Below, in pieces: positions 1 to 12,247 of a stretch of DNA of 64,000 bases; position 1 is the stretch's first letter; the number at the start of each line of letters is the position of its first letter. Below the pieces are notes generated by a model. It worked only from the letters and a program-made list of their open reading frames with translations. It did no database searches and was not told where the DNA came from. The stretch is taken from NCBI GenBank assembly GCA_036012755.1, contig DASCPX010000063.1, positions 1 to 64,000 on the forward strand. Reading direction: 5' to 3'. The DNA is from Myxococcota bacterium (GTDB taxonomy: Bacteria; Myxococcota_A; UBA796; CAJQPC01). The translations under genes were made by a program, and so were the position numbers.

Positions 1-713
1 TGGCGACCCAGCACGACGACACCAACGGCGACGGCGTCCCGGACGAGGGCGAGGTCTACGTCGGCACGACGACCGCGCTGTTGACCTGGTTCGAGGGCGA
101 GGTCCCCACCGACTTCGCGGTCATGGGCATCGTCTCGGGTTGGAACGCCCTGGACATGTCCGAAGGCGAAGGCGAGTTCCCAGAGGTCATCGACACCAAC
201 GCCATCCCGATGGACGCCATCCCCCACAACGACAGCATCACGATCGGCGGCACGGCGGACGAGGGCTACCGTGGGCGGCTGACCCTGTTGCCCGCGATCG
301 CCTTCGAAGGCGGCGAGGTCGAGGAGTTCCTCTACGACGAGGAGCTCGGCGCCACCTGGGAGATCGCCCTGGACGGCGGCCCGCCCGAGGATCACCTCAG
401 CGAGGGCGAGGGTGGCGGCGGCTACATGGCCTACGAGGTGCCCCTGGCCTACGAGGACACCGATCACAGCGGCGGCGTGAGCGAGGGTGACGGCGGTTTC
501 GCCTTTGCCTGCGACGGCGACAACACCGCGGCGCTCCTCTGGATCCCACAGAGCGACGATCCGCTCACCGCCTGGTCCTCCCTCGCCTACGGCTTCGGCA
601 CCGGCTGGACCGCCCTGTCGATCCCGCCCGACGAGGCCGAGGAGCCGACTGTGATGGCCGAAGAGGATCTCGGCGGCCTGTCCATCGACGGCAACTGCAC
701 TCTCGGAGAGTGA
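1..713 (+). CDS. Acidic hypothetical (probably exported) protein, 5'-truncated by the window edge
   Basis: The frame is open from position 3 (ATQHDDTNGDGVPDEGEVYVG...) to TGA at 711-713. Very D/E-rich, GC3-biased codons, DxNGDG Ca-binding-like loop. Confidence 0.7.
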   Translation, partial: ATQHDDTNGDGVPDEGEVYVGTTTALLTWFEGEVPTDFAVMGIVSGWNALDMSEGEGEFPEVIDTNAIPMDAIPHNDSITIGGTADEGYRGRLTLLPAIAFEGGEVEEFLYDEELGATWEIALDGGPPEDHLSEGEGGGGYMAYEVPLAYEDTDHSGGVSEGDGGFAFACDGDNTAALLWIPQSDDPLTAWSSLAYGFGTGWTALSIPPDEAEEPTVMAEEDLGGLSIDGNCTLGE

Positions 714-743
714 CTGATCGCCGCCGGGCGTTAGACGCGCGGC

Positions 744-2404
<1,661 letters not shown>

Positions 2405-2408
<4 letters not shown>

Positions 2409-3187
2409 CCTGGTTGTTGGCCTGCAACGGGGACCCCAGCACGCCCGGCCCGGACGACTTCCTCGCGGAGGTCGACTTCGTCGTGGAGCGAGGTGGCATC
2501 GGGCCGGAAGTGGTCAGCCTCGGTACGGGCTCGATCGTCGCCTTCGACGGCGAGGACGAGATCACCTGGGCCGCGCGCAGCGACGACGGCTCGACGGAGC
2601 TGTTGATCGTGCTGGACGGCCCGGACGTGGCGCTGGTCCGCTATCGCAAGGGCCAGCAGCACATCCTGGACGCCCACGCCACCTGCGAGGCCGCGCAGAC
2701 CGGATGGGAGCTGTCGTTTTCCTGCTCCGACCTGCACACCGAAGACGGCGTGGTGGACCCGGACGGCAGCGAGCCCTGGGCCATCACCGAAGGCGTCTTC
2801 ACCGGGGGCTCCGTGCTGGAGGGGCCCAGGGGAGAGCTGGTCGCCGGCGAAGGCTACAGCTGGGGTGTCTCTGTCGATGGCCGCGCGATGAACGAGGCCA
2901 TCGTGGCCCCCTGGCGGGCCGGCGAGTGGTGGGTCTGGCACGCCGATGACGAGGGCCGGGCCGACGACGTCGAGTTTCGGGTCGTGCCGGAGGTCGGTCA
3001 GATCGAGATCGAGCGCCTCGCCCGGGAGCAGGTCGCGCTCGAGACCCCCGTCGAGCTGAGCCTCGTCGGCGAGGCGAGCATCACCGCCACCCTCGATGGC
3101 CTCGACCATGTCGGCACAGAGGTCGACATCGTGCTGTGGGAGGACCTCGTCGAGGGAGAGGACGACAAGCTGGTCGTCATCAAGTGA
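2405..3187 (+). CDS. Hypothetical lipoprotein
   Basis: ATGA overlap with the ettA stop. Starts MTWLLAC (lipobox-like), followed by an acidic mature region. The longer 1424 start in the ORF track lies inside ettA. Confidence 0.7.
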
Positions 3188-3314
3188 GGCGCCGGCTTGG
3201 AGCGGTCCTCTCGATGCAAGGCGGGACCGATGTTGTACGGCCAATGCGAGTCGTTCAGACTGTCGTCCGAGAGTCCCAGGAGGGAGCATGACGGGTTGGC
3301 GTTGCGTTGAGAGG

Positions 3315-4286
3315 ATGATCGGCCTCTGCTGCTGCTTGTGGTTGCTGGTTGCTGGTTGCTTTCGCCTCACCTTCCTACGCATACGAGTGCGCGAACGGGA
3401 AGAACTCGGATGACGACTGCGACGCAGGCGGCTCGACCGACATCTGTGATGTCGACGGGGACGACAAGTGGGCGGGCGATCTCAGGATCCCCGGAGACAC
3501 GTTGCCGATACGACGTGGGAGCACGGAAGCTCCGGCGGGGTCCTGTGGATGGCGGTCTACGGCACGGCTGGGAACGGGTCTGACTACTGCTGCTACACGA
3601 CCGACGGCACGGTCGGGATGCTCGTCTACGGGACGAACAACGTCGACAACCTGACCATCCACGATGGGACCGGGGCGAAGTCGTTCAGGCCCGCTGATGG
3701 TGACAAGGAGGACACCTATGACATCGAGGTGTGGGGACGTGGCGGGGACGACTTCATCGAGACGCCGGCGGATCACACGGTGGACCTCACATGGAAGCTC
3801 TACGGCAACGGCGGGGACGACCTGCTGACCGCCAACTACGATGGCACCGCCTCAAGCGATACCGAGATGGACGGGGGCGCCGGAATCGACACGCTGAACG
3901 GATCCGCGGGCGACGACACGCTCCGGGGCGCGGGGGAAGCAGACACGATCTACGGGGGCAGCGGAGACGACACCATCTACGGCGGTACGGGGAACGACGC
4001 CCTCTACGGCCAAGGCGATGACGACACGATCTTTGGCAACGACGGAGACGACGACATCTTCGGCGGTGACGGTGTCGACACGCTGAGAGGAGGCGACGAC
4101 GACGATGACATATGCGGGGACGACGGCAACGACGCCCTGCATGGCGATGCAGGAGATGATCGTCTTTGGGGCGACGATGACGTTGACACCGCACATGGCG
4201 GTCCGGCGTCCGACTACGATGAGTGCGACGCTGAGACCGAGAGCAGCTGCGACGCAGATCCGTCCACGAGCCCATGCCCCGGTTGA
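3315..4286 (+). pseudogene. Secreted RTX/hemolysin-type Ca-binding repeat protein, frameshifted near the 5' end
   Basis: GGxGxDxL nonapeptide repeats at about 3870-4200. The signal peptide (MIGLCCCLWLLVA|FASPSYA) and the Cys-rich N-terminus are split over three reading-frame segments, with shifts at 3340-3360 and near 3500. Confidence 0.65.
3340..3360. repeat. Tandem heptamer (GGTTGCT)x3
   Basis: Read directly: GGTTGCT at 3340, 3347 and 3354. Confidence 0.9.
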
Positions 4287-4298
4287 GGGCCGAGTCCA

Positions 4299-6338
4299 AT
4301 GATCATCGCCGCACTTGCGGTCGTAGGCGGACCAGCGGCCGCCGATAGCCCGGACCTACAGGAGACGACCTGCACGGGTGACTCCCCTGATCGCTGTGGC
4401 CAAGCCGTCGCGGTGTTGATCGGCGCTTCCTTCGAGCCGGACGCTACGACCGTCGCCGTGGGCGCTCCCTCTTTCACCTCGGCCGAGGAGAGTGAGGGCG
4501 CCGTCTACCTGTTCGAACTGGCTGAGGGGGGCATGCAGTACGCATCGACACTCAGTCATCCTGGAGGCGTCACGAAGAGCTCCTTCGGGGAGGCGCTCGC
4601 ACCGGTCGACATCGACTGCGATGGAGGTGACGAGCTGGCCATCGGTGCGCCCGACCAGGCGACAGTGTTTTCGGCCGAAGGTGCGGTCTGGGTGGTCTCG
4701 GCTTCAGGGTTCGACGAGATCCAGCTCCCGGCACGACGGGACGCGAAGGCGGGCCGACGCCTGGCCCATGGCGGTGACATGGACTCGGATGGCTGTCCCG
4801 ACTTGCTCGTGGGCGCCTACGGTACCCAGTCCGGCGGGACCGTCTACCTCGTCCCCGGGTCACCGGACTCCCAGACCGGGGGCGAGTTGGCGTCCTTCAC
4901 CCTGAGTGATGCCCGGTCAGGAGACACCTTCGGGTACGCCGTCTCGTCTGCAGGTGACACGGACGGTGACGGCGTGGACGAGTTCCTGGTAGGGGCTCCA
5001 GGGTACGCGGCCGGTGGTGGGGCGTTCCACGTCTCCTCAGCCACAGCCGTTCCCGTGGCATTGGACGCAGCTGGGCTCGGCTCCGGCGATTCGTTTGGAT
5101 ATGCCGTCGCCGGCGGTACCGATCTCGACGACGACGGCTACGACGACCTCGCCGTCGGCGCTGTCTCCCATGCCGACGGCGGCGGTGTCTGGCTCTACCG
5201 TGGGGGCCCTGACGGCGTCGAGGAGTGGCAGACGGTCACGCCGGGTCCGCGCTACTCCGGCGCCGCATTTGGGAGCAGCTTGGCAATGCACGCCGACGTC
5301 GACGGCGACGGTGTCGGTGACATTCTGGTCGGTGCGCCGGCGGCCAGCGACGTCACCGATCACGGGGGTGCAGCTTTCCTCTACCACGGCACGGCTTCCG
5401 GTTTGATCGGCCAGGACGCGATCGTTCCGGCGGGGTCGCTCTACAGACAGCAGTTCGGCGAGTCGCTCGTCAGCCTCTCGGACGAGTCCGGGCGATCCGG
5501 ATTCGTCATCGGCGGCCCAGGAGACATCTTCTCCGCCCCGGTGGTCGGGGCGGTCTGGTTGGCCGAGGTCTGCACCGACGCCGACCTGGACGGCACGTGC
5601 GCGGCCGAGGACTGCGACGATGGCGACCCGGACACCTGGCCGGGTGCCGCCGGCTTCGACTCCACGACAGCCTGCATGCAGGATTCAGACGGCGATGGTT
5701 TCGGGCAAGATACCCCTAGCGCTGGTGTCAGCCCGGGCAGCGACTGCGACGACGATGACCCGTCGATTCACCCCACAGCGCCGGAGACCTGCGGCGACGA
5801 GATCGACTCCGACTGCGACGGGGCCGGCACCGTCACCGATGACGAGGACGGAGATGGCTTGCTTCCCTTTGTCGAGGCGCTGCTCGGCACCGACCCCTGC
5901 GCTCCGGACACCGACTCCGATGGCCTGGACGACGGCACGGAGTTCGAGCTGGGGACCGATCCCAACTCCGCGGACAGCGACGTCGACGGGCTCGATGATG
6001 GCGACGAGCTTCAGGCGGGCACCGACCCGCTGGTCAAGGACACGGACCGCGACGGCTTGTGCGACGGCGATGAGGTCAAGCTGGGAACGGACCCGCTCGA
6101 TCCCGACACTGACGGCGACGGGATCCTCGACGGGGTCGACGAAAGCCCGCTCGGCGGGGACGACGGAGGGTGCTCGTCGGTCCCTGGCGCGCCGTCCTTC
6201 GCCGCGGGGATACTGGCGGCCCTGCTCGCGCGACGCCGGCGGGGCGGGAGGTGTCGGCGTCGCTCCGCCAAGGCGCATTGTCGCAGCGCCGCGCCGCGCC
6301 TCAGCTCAGGAAGTCCAACAAGACCCGCTCGTCGCTGA
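4299..6338 (+). CDS. FG-GAP (integrin-alpha beta-propeller) repeat surface protein with Asp/Cys metal-binding motifs, TSP3-like DTDxDG repeats and a MYXO-CTERM-like anchor
   Basis: Repeated FG(Y/E/S)A...GDxDGDG.DxLxVGAP units, DCDDxDP motifs, DTDSDGLDDGxE..LGTDP repeats and GGCSSVPG-hydrophobic-RRRR near the C-terminus. Confidence 0.85.
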   Translation: MIIAALAVVGGPAAADSPDLQETTCTGDSPDRCGQAVAVLIGASFEPDATTVAVGAPSFTSAEESEGAVYLFELAEGGMQYASTLSHPGGVTKSSFGEALAPVDIDCDGGDELAIGAPDQATVFSAEGAVWVVSASGFDEIQLPARRDAKAGRRLAHGGDMDSDGCPDLLVGAYGTQSGGTVYLVPGSPDSQTGGELASFTLSDARSGDTFGYAVSSAGDTDGDGVDEFLVGAPGYAAGGGAFHVSSATAVPVALDAAGLGSGDSFGYAVAGGTDLDDDGYDDLAVGAVSHADGGGVWLYRGGPDGVEEWQTVTPGPRYSGAAFGSSLAMHADVDGDGVGDILVGAPAASDVTDHGGAAFLYHGTASGLIGQDAIVPAGSLYRQQFGESLVSLSDESGRSGFVIGGPGDIFSAPVVGAVWLAEVCTDADLDGTCAAEDCDDGDPDTWPGAAGFDSTTACMQDSDGDGFGQDTPSAGVSPGSDCDDDDPSIHPTAPETCGDEIDSDCDGAGTVTDDEDGDGLLPFVEALLGTDPCAPDTDSDGLDDGTEFELGTDPNSADSDVDGLDDGDELQAGTDPLVKDTDRDGLCDGDEVKLGTDPLDPDTDGDGILDGVDESPLGGDDGGCSSVPGAPSFAAGILAALLARRRRGGRCRRRSAKAHCRSAAPRLSSGSPTRPARR

Positions 6339-6927
6339 GCGTCAGCCCCTCGAAGGCCACGCCGACGCCGCGCTCCTCGAGTGAGCCTCGCGAGGTGATC
6401 CGAACCACGCGAGCGGTGACTCGCAGGGTCCGCTCCGTCGCCGGGTCCACCAGCATCGTCGTGACGCGGTGGCCGATGCGGAACTCGCGGGTGGTGTGGA
6501 GGAACATGCCCGTCCTGCTCACGTCGCGGAGGGCGAAGCCCTGGAGCCCCTCGTCGTTGCTCGCCCAGACCACGAGGTCGCGCAGCTTTCGCGCAGCCTG
6601 CCGCCGCTCCGGCTCGTTCTCGGCTGCCCACGCCCCCAGCCATGCGTCGAAGGCGCGCCGATGCGCGACGGGGACGACGATGAACTCGACCCCGGCGAGG
6701 CCGTCCTCGACGTGGCGGACCCTGACCGTGGCGGCGAGAGGCCCGGCGTCCGGTACGTCGAGGCGGAGGTGCAGCACGGTCCCTGGCTTCGTCTCGGCCC
6801 CGACCCGGATCAGCGCGCCACCGTGGCAGACGTCGCTCGTCTCGGTCGCGACCTTCCGGCTCGGCGTCGTCAGGTCGCCACAGAGCACGATGTTGAAGCG
6901 GCGCCATCTTCGGCGGGAGACATTCAT
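6301..6927 (-). CDS. Tandem PilZ-domain protein (putative c-di-GMP effector)
   Basis: Two RxxxR + D/NxSxxG-like motif sets (RRRWRR..DVCHGGALI; RRQAAR..DVSRTGMFL), each followed by GVEF/GVAF. Confidence 0.8.
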   Translation of the reverse strand: MNVSRRRWRRFNIVLCGDLTTPSRKVATETSDVCHGGALIRVGAETKPGTVLHLRLDVPDAGPLAATVRVRHVEDGLAGVEFIVVPVAHRRAFDAWLGAWAAENEPERRQAARKLRDLVVWASNDEGLQGFALRDVSRTGMFLHTTREFRIGHRVTTMLVDPATERTLRVTARVVRITSRGSLEERGVGVAFEGLTLSDERVLLDFLS

Positions 6928-6936
6928 TGGAACCGA

Positions 6937-7209
6937 TCACAGCAGGAGTTGCAGACCCTCGATGGATCGAAGGGCCTGGTAGACGGATCGGATCTCGTCG
7001 GCGGTCTCGACAGTGATCGACACGCGGATGCTCGCGTAGGCGCCGTTCTTCGAGGGCTGTTCGATGACCTTGTCCGCACGGCGTCCCAGCGTCCCCTCGA
7101 CCAGGTCCCTGCACGTCTCGCGCAGGTCGGACGATTGACGCGCCACGATACGAAATGTGAAGTCACACGGGTAGTCCAAGAGCTCTTCGAGGCGTCGTTT
7201 CTCGGTCAC
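6937..7209 (-). CDS. YbeD/DUF493 family protein
   Basis: 90 aa with LLDYPCDFTFRIV and SKNGAYASIRVSI...IYxAL-like motifs. Confidence 0.85.
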   Translation of the reverse strand: MTEKRRLEELLDYPCDFTFRIVARQSSDLRETCRDLVEGTLGRRADKVIEQPSKNGAYASIRVSITVETADEIRSVYQALRSIEGLQLLL

Positions 7210-7242
7210 GCCGTGGTCCTAACCGCCTGATACCGTCCGCTG

Positions 7243-7821
7243 GTGAAGAGCCGTCTGACCGCCGATGAAGCCAGGCAGCGACTGGTCGAAGCGGCCACGG
7301 CGCTGTTCCGCGAGCGCCCCCCGACAGAGGTCTCCGTTCGCGACATCGCCGCCGGCGCCGGGGTCAACCACGGCCTCGTCCATCGCTACTTCGGCGGCAA
7401 GGACGGCCTGCTGCGCGAGGTGCTCGCCCACATCTTCCGGAGCACCGCCAGGGTGATCGAGGCCGGCATGGACGAGGACCTCGACGCGGCCGTGCTCGAG
7501 GGCCTGCGCGTGCTGCTGGAGGAGCGCTGGATCGCCTCGGTGGTCGCCCACCTGTTGCAGTCCCAGGGCGGACCGGAGGGCATCCCAGAGGCCTCGATGA
7601 TGCCGGTCGTGCGGCGGCGCCTCGGCCTGGATCCTCCACCCGAGCAGGCCGCCCAGCTCGCGGTGGCGGAGGCCGCGGTGCTGGGCTGGATGCTCTTCGA
7701 GCCCCTGGTCGCCCGAGGCACGGGCCTGGACACCCTCGACGAAGACCAGCGCCTGAGGGTCTTCGCCCGGGTCCTGTCGTCTTCCCTCGGGCCCGCGCTC
7801 CGCGGCGATCAGCCGACTTGA
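7243..7821 (+). CDS. TetR/AcrR family transcriptional regulator
   Basis: N-terminal HTH SVRDIAAGAGVNHGLVHRYFGGKDGL. Confidence 0.9.
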   Translation: MKSRLTADEARQRLVEAATALFRERPPTEVSVRDIAAGAGVNHGLVHRYFGGKDGLLREVLAHIFRSTARVIEAGMDEDLDAAVLEGLRVLLEERWIASVVAHLLQSQGGPEGIPEASMMPVVRRRLGLDPPPEQAAQLAVAEAAVLGWMLFEPLVARGTGLDTLDEDQRLRVFARVLSSSLGPALRGDQPT

Positions 7822-7838
7822 CGGGGCGCCTGTCAACT

Positions 7839-7855
7839 TGTAGTCACTGACTACA
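7839..7855. promoter_or_regulatory. Perfect palindromic operator TGTAGTCA-C-TGACTACA, probable TetR site
   Basis: 8-bp inverted repeat with a 1-bp spacer between tetR and the catabolic operon. A TTGACG -35-like hexamer at 7818-7823 places the -10 region inside the palindrome. Confidence 0.75.
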
Positions 7856-7876
7856 TCCTCACGAAGAGGCGGCGAA

Positions 7877-8743
7877 ATGTCCGATCGGGTCACCATCACC
7901 TGCGCGCTCACAGGTGTCCTCACCAACCCGGCGCAGCACCCTGTCCCCGTGACCCCCGCCGAGATGGCGCGCGCTGCGAAGGACGCCTTCGACGCTGGCG
8001 CGACCATCATGCACTGCCACTTCCGGGACCAGCGGCCTGGCTGCGGGTACCTGCCGACCTGGGACGTGGAGATCGTCGCGGAGATCGCGGACGCCATCCG
8101 CGGAGCCTGCCCCGGCGTGGTCCTGAACTTCTCGACCGGGGTGATGGGCCCCGACATCTCCGGCCCCCTGGCTTGCCTCGAGCGCTGCCGGCCCGAGATG
8201 GCGGCGCTGAACGTGGGCTCGCTCAACTACCTGAAGGTCCGCCGAAGCGGGACCTGGGCCTGGCCGCCGCTGTTGTTCGACAACCCGGTGGAGAAGATCC
8301 AGCGCTACCTCGACGTGATGAACGAGCACGGCGTCGTGCCCGAGTGCGAGTGCTTCGACACTGGCATCGTCCGGTCCGTGGGCATGCTCCAGCAGGTGGG
8401 CATGCTCGGCGCCGAGCCCCACGTCTCGCTGGTGATGGGGGTCGCCAGCGGAATGCCCGCCCGGGCCAGCTGGTTGCCGCTGCTCGTCGAGGAGCTCCCT
8501 GGCGACGCCCACTGGCAGACCATCGTCATCGGCCGGGCAGATGTCTGGGATGTCCACCGCGCCTCGGCGGAGCTCGGCGGGCACCTGCGGACCGGCGTGG
8601 AGGACACCTTCTACCTGCCCAGCGGCGAGAAGACATCGGGCAACGGCCCCCTGGTCGAGGCCCTCGTCACCATCGCGAGGGAGGCCGGGCGCGAGGTCTG
8701 CTCCCCGGCGGAGACCCGGGCGCTCCTGGGAGTCCCGACGTGA
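7877..8743 (+). CDS. Beta-keto acid cleavage enzyme (BKACE/DUF849; 3-keto-5-aminohexanoate cleavage family)
   Basis: [25 protein letters not shown] (HxH metal site), PECECFD and [10 protein letters not shown] motifs. Confidence 0.9.
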   Translation: MSDRVTITCALTGVLTNPAQHPVPVTPAEMARAAKDAFDAGATIMHCHFRDQRPGCGYLPTWDVEIVAEIADAIRGACPGVVLNFSTGVMGPDISGPLACLERCRPEMAALNVGSLNYLKVRRSGTWAWPPLLFDNPVEKIQRYLDVMNEHGVVPECECFDTGIVRSVGMLQQVGMLGAEPHVSLVMGVASGMPARASWLPLLVEELPGDAHWQTIVIGRADVWDVHRASAELGGHLRTGVEDTFYLPSGEKTSGNGPLVEALVTIAREAGREVCSPAETRALLGVPT

Positions 8744-10338
8744 GGGCGCTGCGCACCCGGATCGACCGAAACTCCACCGAGTACCAGGCCAACCACGCCG
8801 CGAACCTGGAGGCGGCGACGGAGCTTTCGGCGGCGCTGGCACAGACCCTCGCCGGGGGAGGGGACAAGTACAACCAGCGCCACCTCTCTCGCGGCAAGCT
8901 GCTCCCCCGTGAGCGCATCGAGAAGCTGCTCGATCCGGACGGCTGGTTCCTCGAGATCGGCGCCCTCGCCGGGAGGAAGGTCGACCTGATCAAGCCGGGC
9001 GCCGGCATCGTGGCTGGCGTGGGCCTCGTCTGCGGGGTCGAGTGCGTCGTCTCCGCCAGCGAGGCCACCGTGCAGGGCGGGGCCATCAACGAGATGGGCG
9101 TCCGCAAGACGATGCGGCTGTCCGAGATCTGTGCCGAGAACCGCCTGCCGAGCATCTCGCTCATCGAGTCCGCCGGGGCGGACCTGCCCAACCAGGCCAA
9201 GATCTTCGTGCCGGGTGGCAAGGGCTTCCGCGACCTCACGAGGCGCTCGAAACAGGGGGTGCCGAGCATCTCCCTGGTCTTCGGCAGCTCCACCGCCGGG
9301 GGGGCCTACATCCCTGGCATGAGCGACTACACGGTCTTCGTCAAGGAGGCAGCCAGCGTCTACCTCGCCGGCCCTCCGCTGGTGAAGATGGCCACCGGCG
9401 AGGACGCCGACGACGAGAGCCTCGGCGGCGCGGAGATGCACGCGCGGGACAGCGGGCTCGCGGACTTCCTCGCAGAGGACGAGCTCGACGCCATCCGCAT
9501 CGGGCGCGAGATCGTCTCGGCGCTGAACTGGAAGAAGCAGGGCCCCGAGCCCACCGGACCTGGGGACGCGCCGCTCCTTGATCCGGAGGAGCTCCTCGGC
9601 ATCGTGCCGCCTGATCTGCGCACCCCCTTCGACGTGCGCGAGGTCATCGCCCGCATCGTCGACGGGAGCCGGTTCCTGGAGTTCAAGCCGCTCTACGGCG
9701 ACACGCTGGTCTGTGGCTTCGCCGACCTCCACGGCTACCGCATCGGGGTCCTCGCCAACAACGGCGTGCTGTTCTCCGAGTCGGCCAACAAGGGCGCGCA
9801 GTTCATCGCCCTCTGCAACCAGCGCGACATCCCGCTGTTGTTCCTCCAGAACATCACGGGCTTCATGGTCGGGACCCAGGTCGAGCAGGCGGGCATCATC
9901 CGGAACGGGGCCAAGCTCATCAACGCCGTCAGCAACTCCACCGTGCCGGCGCTGACGGTGATGATCGGCAACTCGTACGGGGCCGGGAACTACGCCATGT
10001 GCGGCCGCGCCTATGGCCCACGCTTCCTCTTCACGTGGCCCACCCATCGCATCGCCGTGATGGGCGGCGAGCAGCTCGCCGGCGTGCTCGGCATCATCAA
10101 GCGGGCCTCGGCCCGGCGCAAGGGCGCAGAGGTCGACGAGGCCAAGCTCGCCTTCATGCAGCAGATGATCCGCCAGCAGGTCGACAAGGAATCCAGCCCC
10201 TACTTCGCCACGGCGCGGCTCTGGGACGACGGGCTCATCGATCCACGGGACACGCGCACGGTGCTCGGCATCGCGCTGTCCGCCTGTCACTCCGCCCCGG
10301 TCGAGGGGACCATGGAGTGGGGAGTGTTCCGCCATTGA
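8740..10338 (+). CDS. Acyl-CoA carboxylase carboxyltransferase (beta) subunit, MccB/AtuC-like
   Basis: GTGA overlap with the upstream stop. [54 protein letters not shown] and GVFR motifs. Confidence 0.92.
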   Translation: MRALRTRIDRNSTEYQANHAANLEAATELSAALAQTLAGGGDKYNQRHLSRGKLLPRERIEKLLDPDGWFLEIGALAGRKVDLIKPGAGIVAGVGLVCGVECVVSASEATVQGGAINEMGVRKTMRLSEICAENRLPSISLIESAGADLPNQAKIFVPGGKGFRDLTRRSKQGVPSISLVFGSSTAGGAYIPGMSDYTVFVKEAASVYLAGPPLVKMATGEDADDESLGGAEMHARDSGLADFLAEDELDAIRIGREIVSALNWKKQGPEPTGPGDAPLLDPEELLGIVPPDLRTPFDVREVIARIVDGSRFLEFKPLYGDTLVCGFADLHGYRIGVLANNGVLFSESANKGAQFIALCNQRDIPLLFLQNITGFMVGTQVEQAGIIRNGAKLINAVSNSTVPALTVMIGNSYGAGNYAMCGRAYGPRFLFTWPTHRIAVMGGEQLAGVLGIIKRASARRKGAEVDEAKLAFMQQMIRQQVDKESSPYFATARLWDDGLIDPRDTRTVLGIALSACHSAPVEGTMEWGVFRH

Positions 10339-12194
10339 GACTCCTCATCGCAAACCGCGGCGAGATCGCCGTCCGCGTCGCCCGCACTGCCAGGGACATC
10401 GGCGTCCCGACCGTCGCGGTCTTCACCGACGAGGATCGCGACGCCCTCCACGTGCGGGTCTGTGACGAGGCCGTGCACATCGGCGCGAAGCTGGCCTACC
10501 TCGACGCCGAGGCGATCCTCGAGGCCGCCGCCCGCACCGGGGCCACGGCCATCCACCCCGGCTACGGCTTCCTCTCGGAGAACGCCGAGTTCGCCCGCCA
10601 GGTCCAGGGGGCCGGGCTCACCTGGGTCGGGCCGGGACCGGACGCCATCGCCGCGATGGGCGACAAGGTCAGGGCGCGGCGGTGCATGCAGGAGGCTGGT
10701 GTCCCGGTCGTGCCTGGAGGCAGCGACCCCGACGAGGTGGGCTTCCCCTTGCTGGTCAAGGCCGCTGCCGGCGGTGGTGGCCGCGGCATGCGGCTCGTAC
10801 GCCGGCGCGAGGACTTCGACGAGGCCGTCGCCAGCGCCAGGCGCGAGGCCCTGAGCGCCTTCGGCTCCGACGAGGTCTTCCTGGAGCGCTTCGTGGAGCG
10901 GGCGCGTCACGTCGAGGTCCAGGTCCTGGGCGACACGCACGGGCGCGTCGTGGCGCTCTGGGAGCGGGAGTGCTCGGTGCAGCGGCGCCACCAGAAGGTC
11001 ATCGAGGAGGCGCCCTCCGCGGCGGTCACCCCCGAGCTGCGGCAGGCGATTTGTGCCGTGGCCGTGCGCGCTGCCGAGGCCGTCGACTACGTCGGCGCGG
11101 GCACCGTCGAGATGCTGCTGGGCGAGGACGGCGAGTTCTTCTTCCTGGAGATGAACACGCGGATCCAGGTCGAGCACCCGGTGACAGAGGCCATCACCGG
11201 CTGCGACCTCGTGCGACTCCAGCTCGAGGTCGCCGTTGGCGGGCACGTGCCGGAGGTCCCGCCGATCGACGGCCACGCCATCGAGGCGCGGCTCTACGCA
11301 GAGGACCCCGCCCAGGACTACCTGCCCCAGTCCGGCCCGGTGCTGGACTGGTTCGTGCCAGGGGACATCAGGGTCGACTCCGGGGTCGAGAAAGGCAGCG
11401 TCGTCGGCGTGCAGTACGACCCGATGCTGGCCAAGCTCGTCGCCCACGGCCCGACCCGCGAGATCGCGCGCCGTCGGCTCGTGCACGCTCTGCGGCGGAT
11501 GAGCGTGCTCGGCCTGAAGACCAACCGGGGCCACCTCGAGGCCCTGCTGCAGCACCCGGACTACGTCGACAACAGGGTCCACACCGGCTGGCTGGAGGCG
11601 ACGGCGATCGAGGAGGCCACTCCCCTCGGCGCTCACCACGCCGTGCTCGCCTTCGAGCTCTCCAAGGGTCGCTCGCTCTTGCCCGGTGTGCCGCTGGGCT
11701 GGCGGCTGTCCCGCTTCCGCGACAACGAGCTGTCGATAGGCGGCCGGATCGTGCGCTGGCGGCCGAGTGCGACGGGCTTCTGCGTGGACGACGACACGAC
11801 ATACCGCTTCGACACGCGCGGCCCCGTGGTCTCCGTCGAGGGCGCGGGGGTCCGGAGCAGCTTCCGCGTGGTCGAGGTCGACGGCGGCTGGTGGGTGCGC
11901 ACACCCGGCGGCGAGGTCCACCTGGAGCGCGACCCCATCTTCCCGGACCACGAGGCCGTTCAGGACGCTGGCTCACTGGCGGCTCCGATGGCCGCGACCG
12001 TGCTGCGGGTCGAGGTCGAGCCCGGAGACGAGGTCGCCGAGGGCGACGTGCTCGTCGTGCTCGAGGCCATGAAGATGGAGCAGTCCCTGAGGGCCCCGCG
12101 TGCGGGTCGCGTGGCCTCCGTCGGGGCCCGCCTCGGCGAGGTCGTCGAGGCTGGCTGCGTCCTCGTCCACCTCGAAGAGGAACCGATGGACTGA
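10335..12194 (+). CDS. Acyl-CoA carboxylase biotin carboxylase/biotin carrier (alpha) subunit, MccA/AtuF-like
   Basis: TTGA overlap. [44 protein letters not shown] and the biotinylation motif EAMKME. Confidence 0.92.
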   Translation: MRLLIANRGEIAVRVARTARDIGVPTVAVFTDEDRDALHVRVCDEAVHIGAKLAYLDAEAILEAAARTGATAIHPGYGFLSENAEFARQVQGAGLTWVGPGPDAIAAMGDKVRARRCMQEAGVPVVPGGSDPDEVGFPLLVKAAAGGGGRGMRLVRRREDFDEAVASARREALSAFGSDEVFLERFVERARHVEVQVLGDTHGRVVALWERECSVQRRHQKVIEEAPSAAVTPELRQAICAVAVRAAEAVDYVGAGTVEMLLGEDGEFFFLEMNTRIQVEHPVTEAITGCDLVRLQLEVAVGGHVPEVPPIDGHAIEARLYAEDPAQDYLPQSGPVLDWFVPGDIRVDSGVEKGSVVGVQYDPMLAKLVAHGPTREIARRRLVHALRRMSVLGLKTNRGHLEALLQHPDYVDNRVHTGWLEATAIEEATPLGAHHAVLAFELSKGRSLLPGVPLGWRLSRFRDNELSIGGRIVRWRPSATGFCVDDDTTYRFDTRGPVVSVEGAGVRSSFRVVEVDGGWWVRTPGGEVHLERDPIFPDHEAVQDAGSLAAPMAATVLRVEVEPGDEVAEGDVLVVLEAMKMEQSLRAPRAGRVASVGARLGEVVEAGCVLVHLEEEPMD

Positions 12195-12247
12195 GTCGGT
12201 GCACCTCCTGATCTGCCTGGCGCTCTTGGCCCTGCTGGGCCTCGGGC

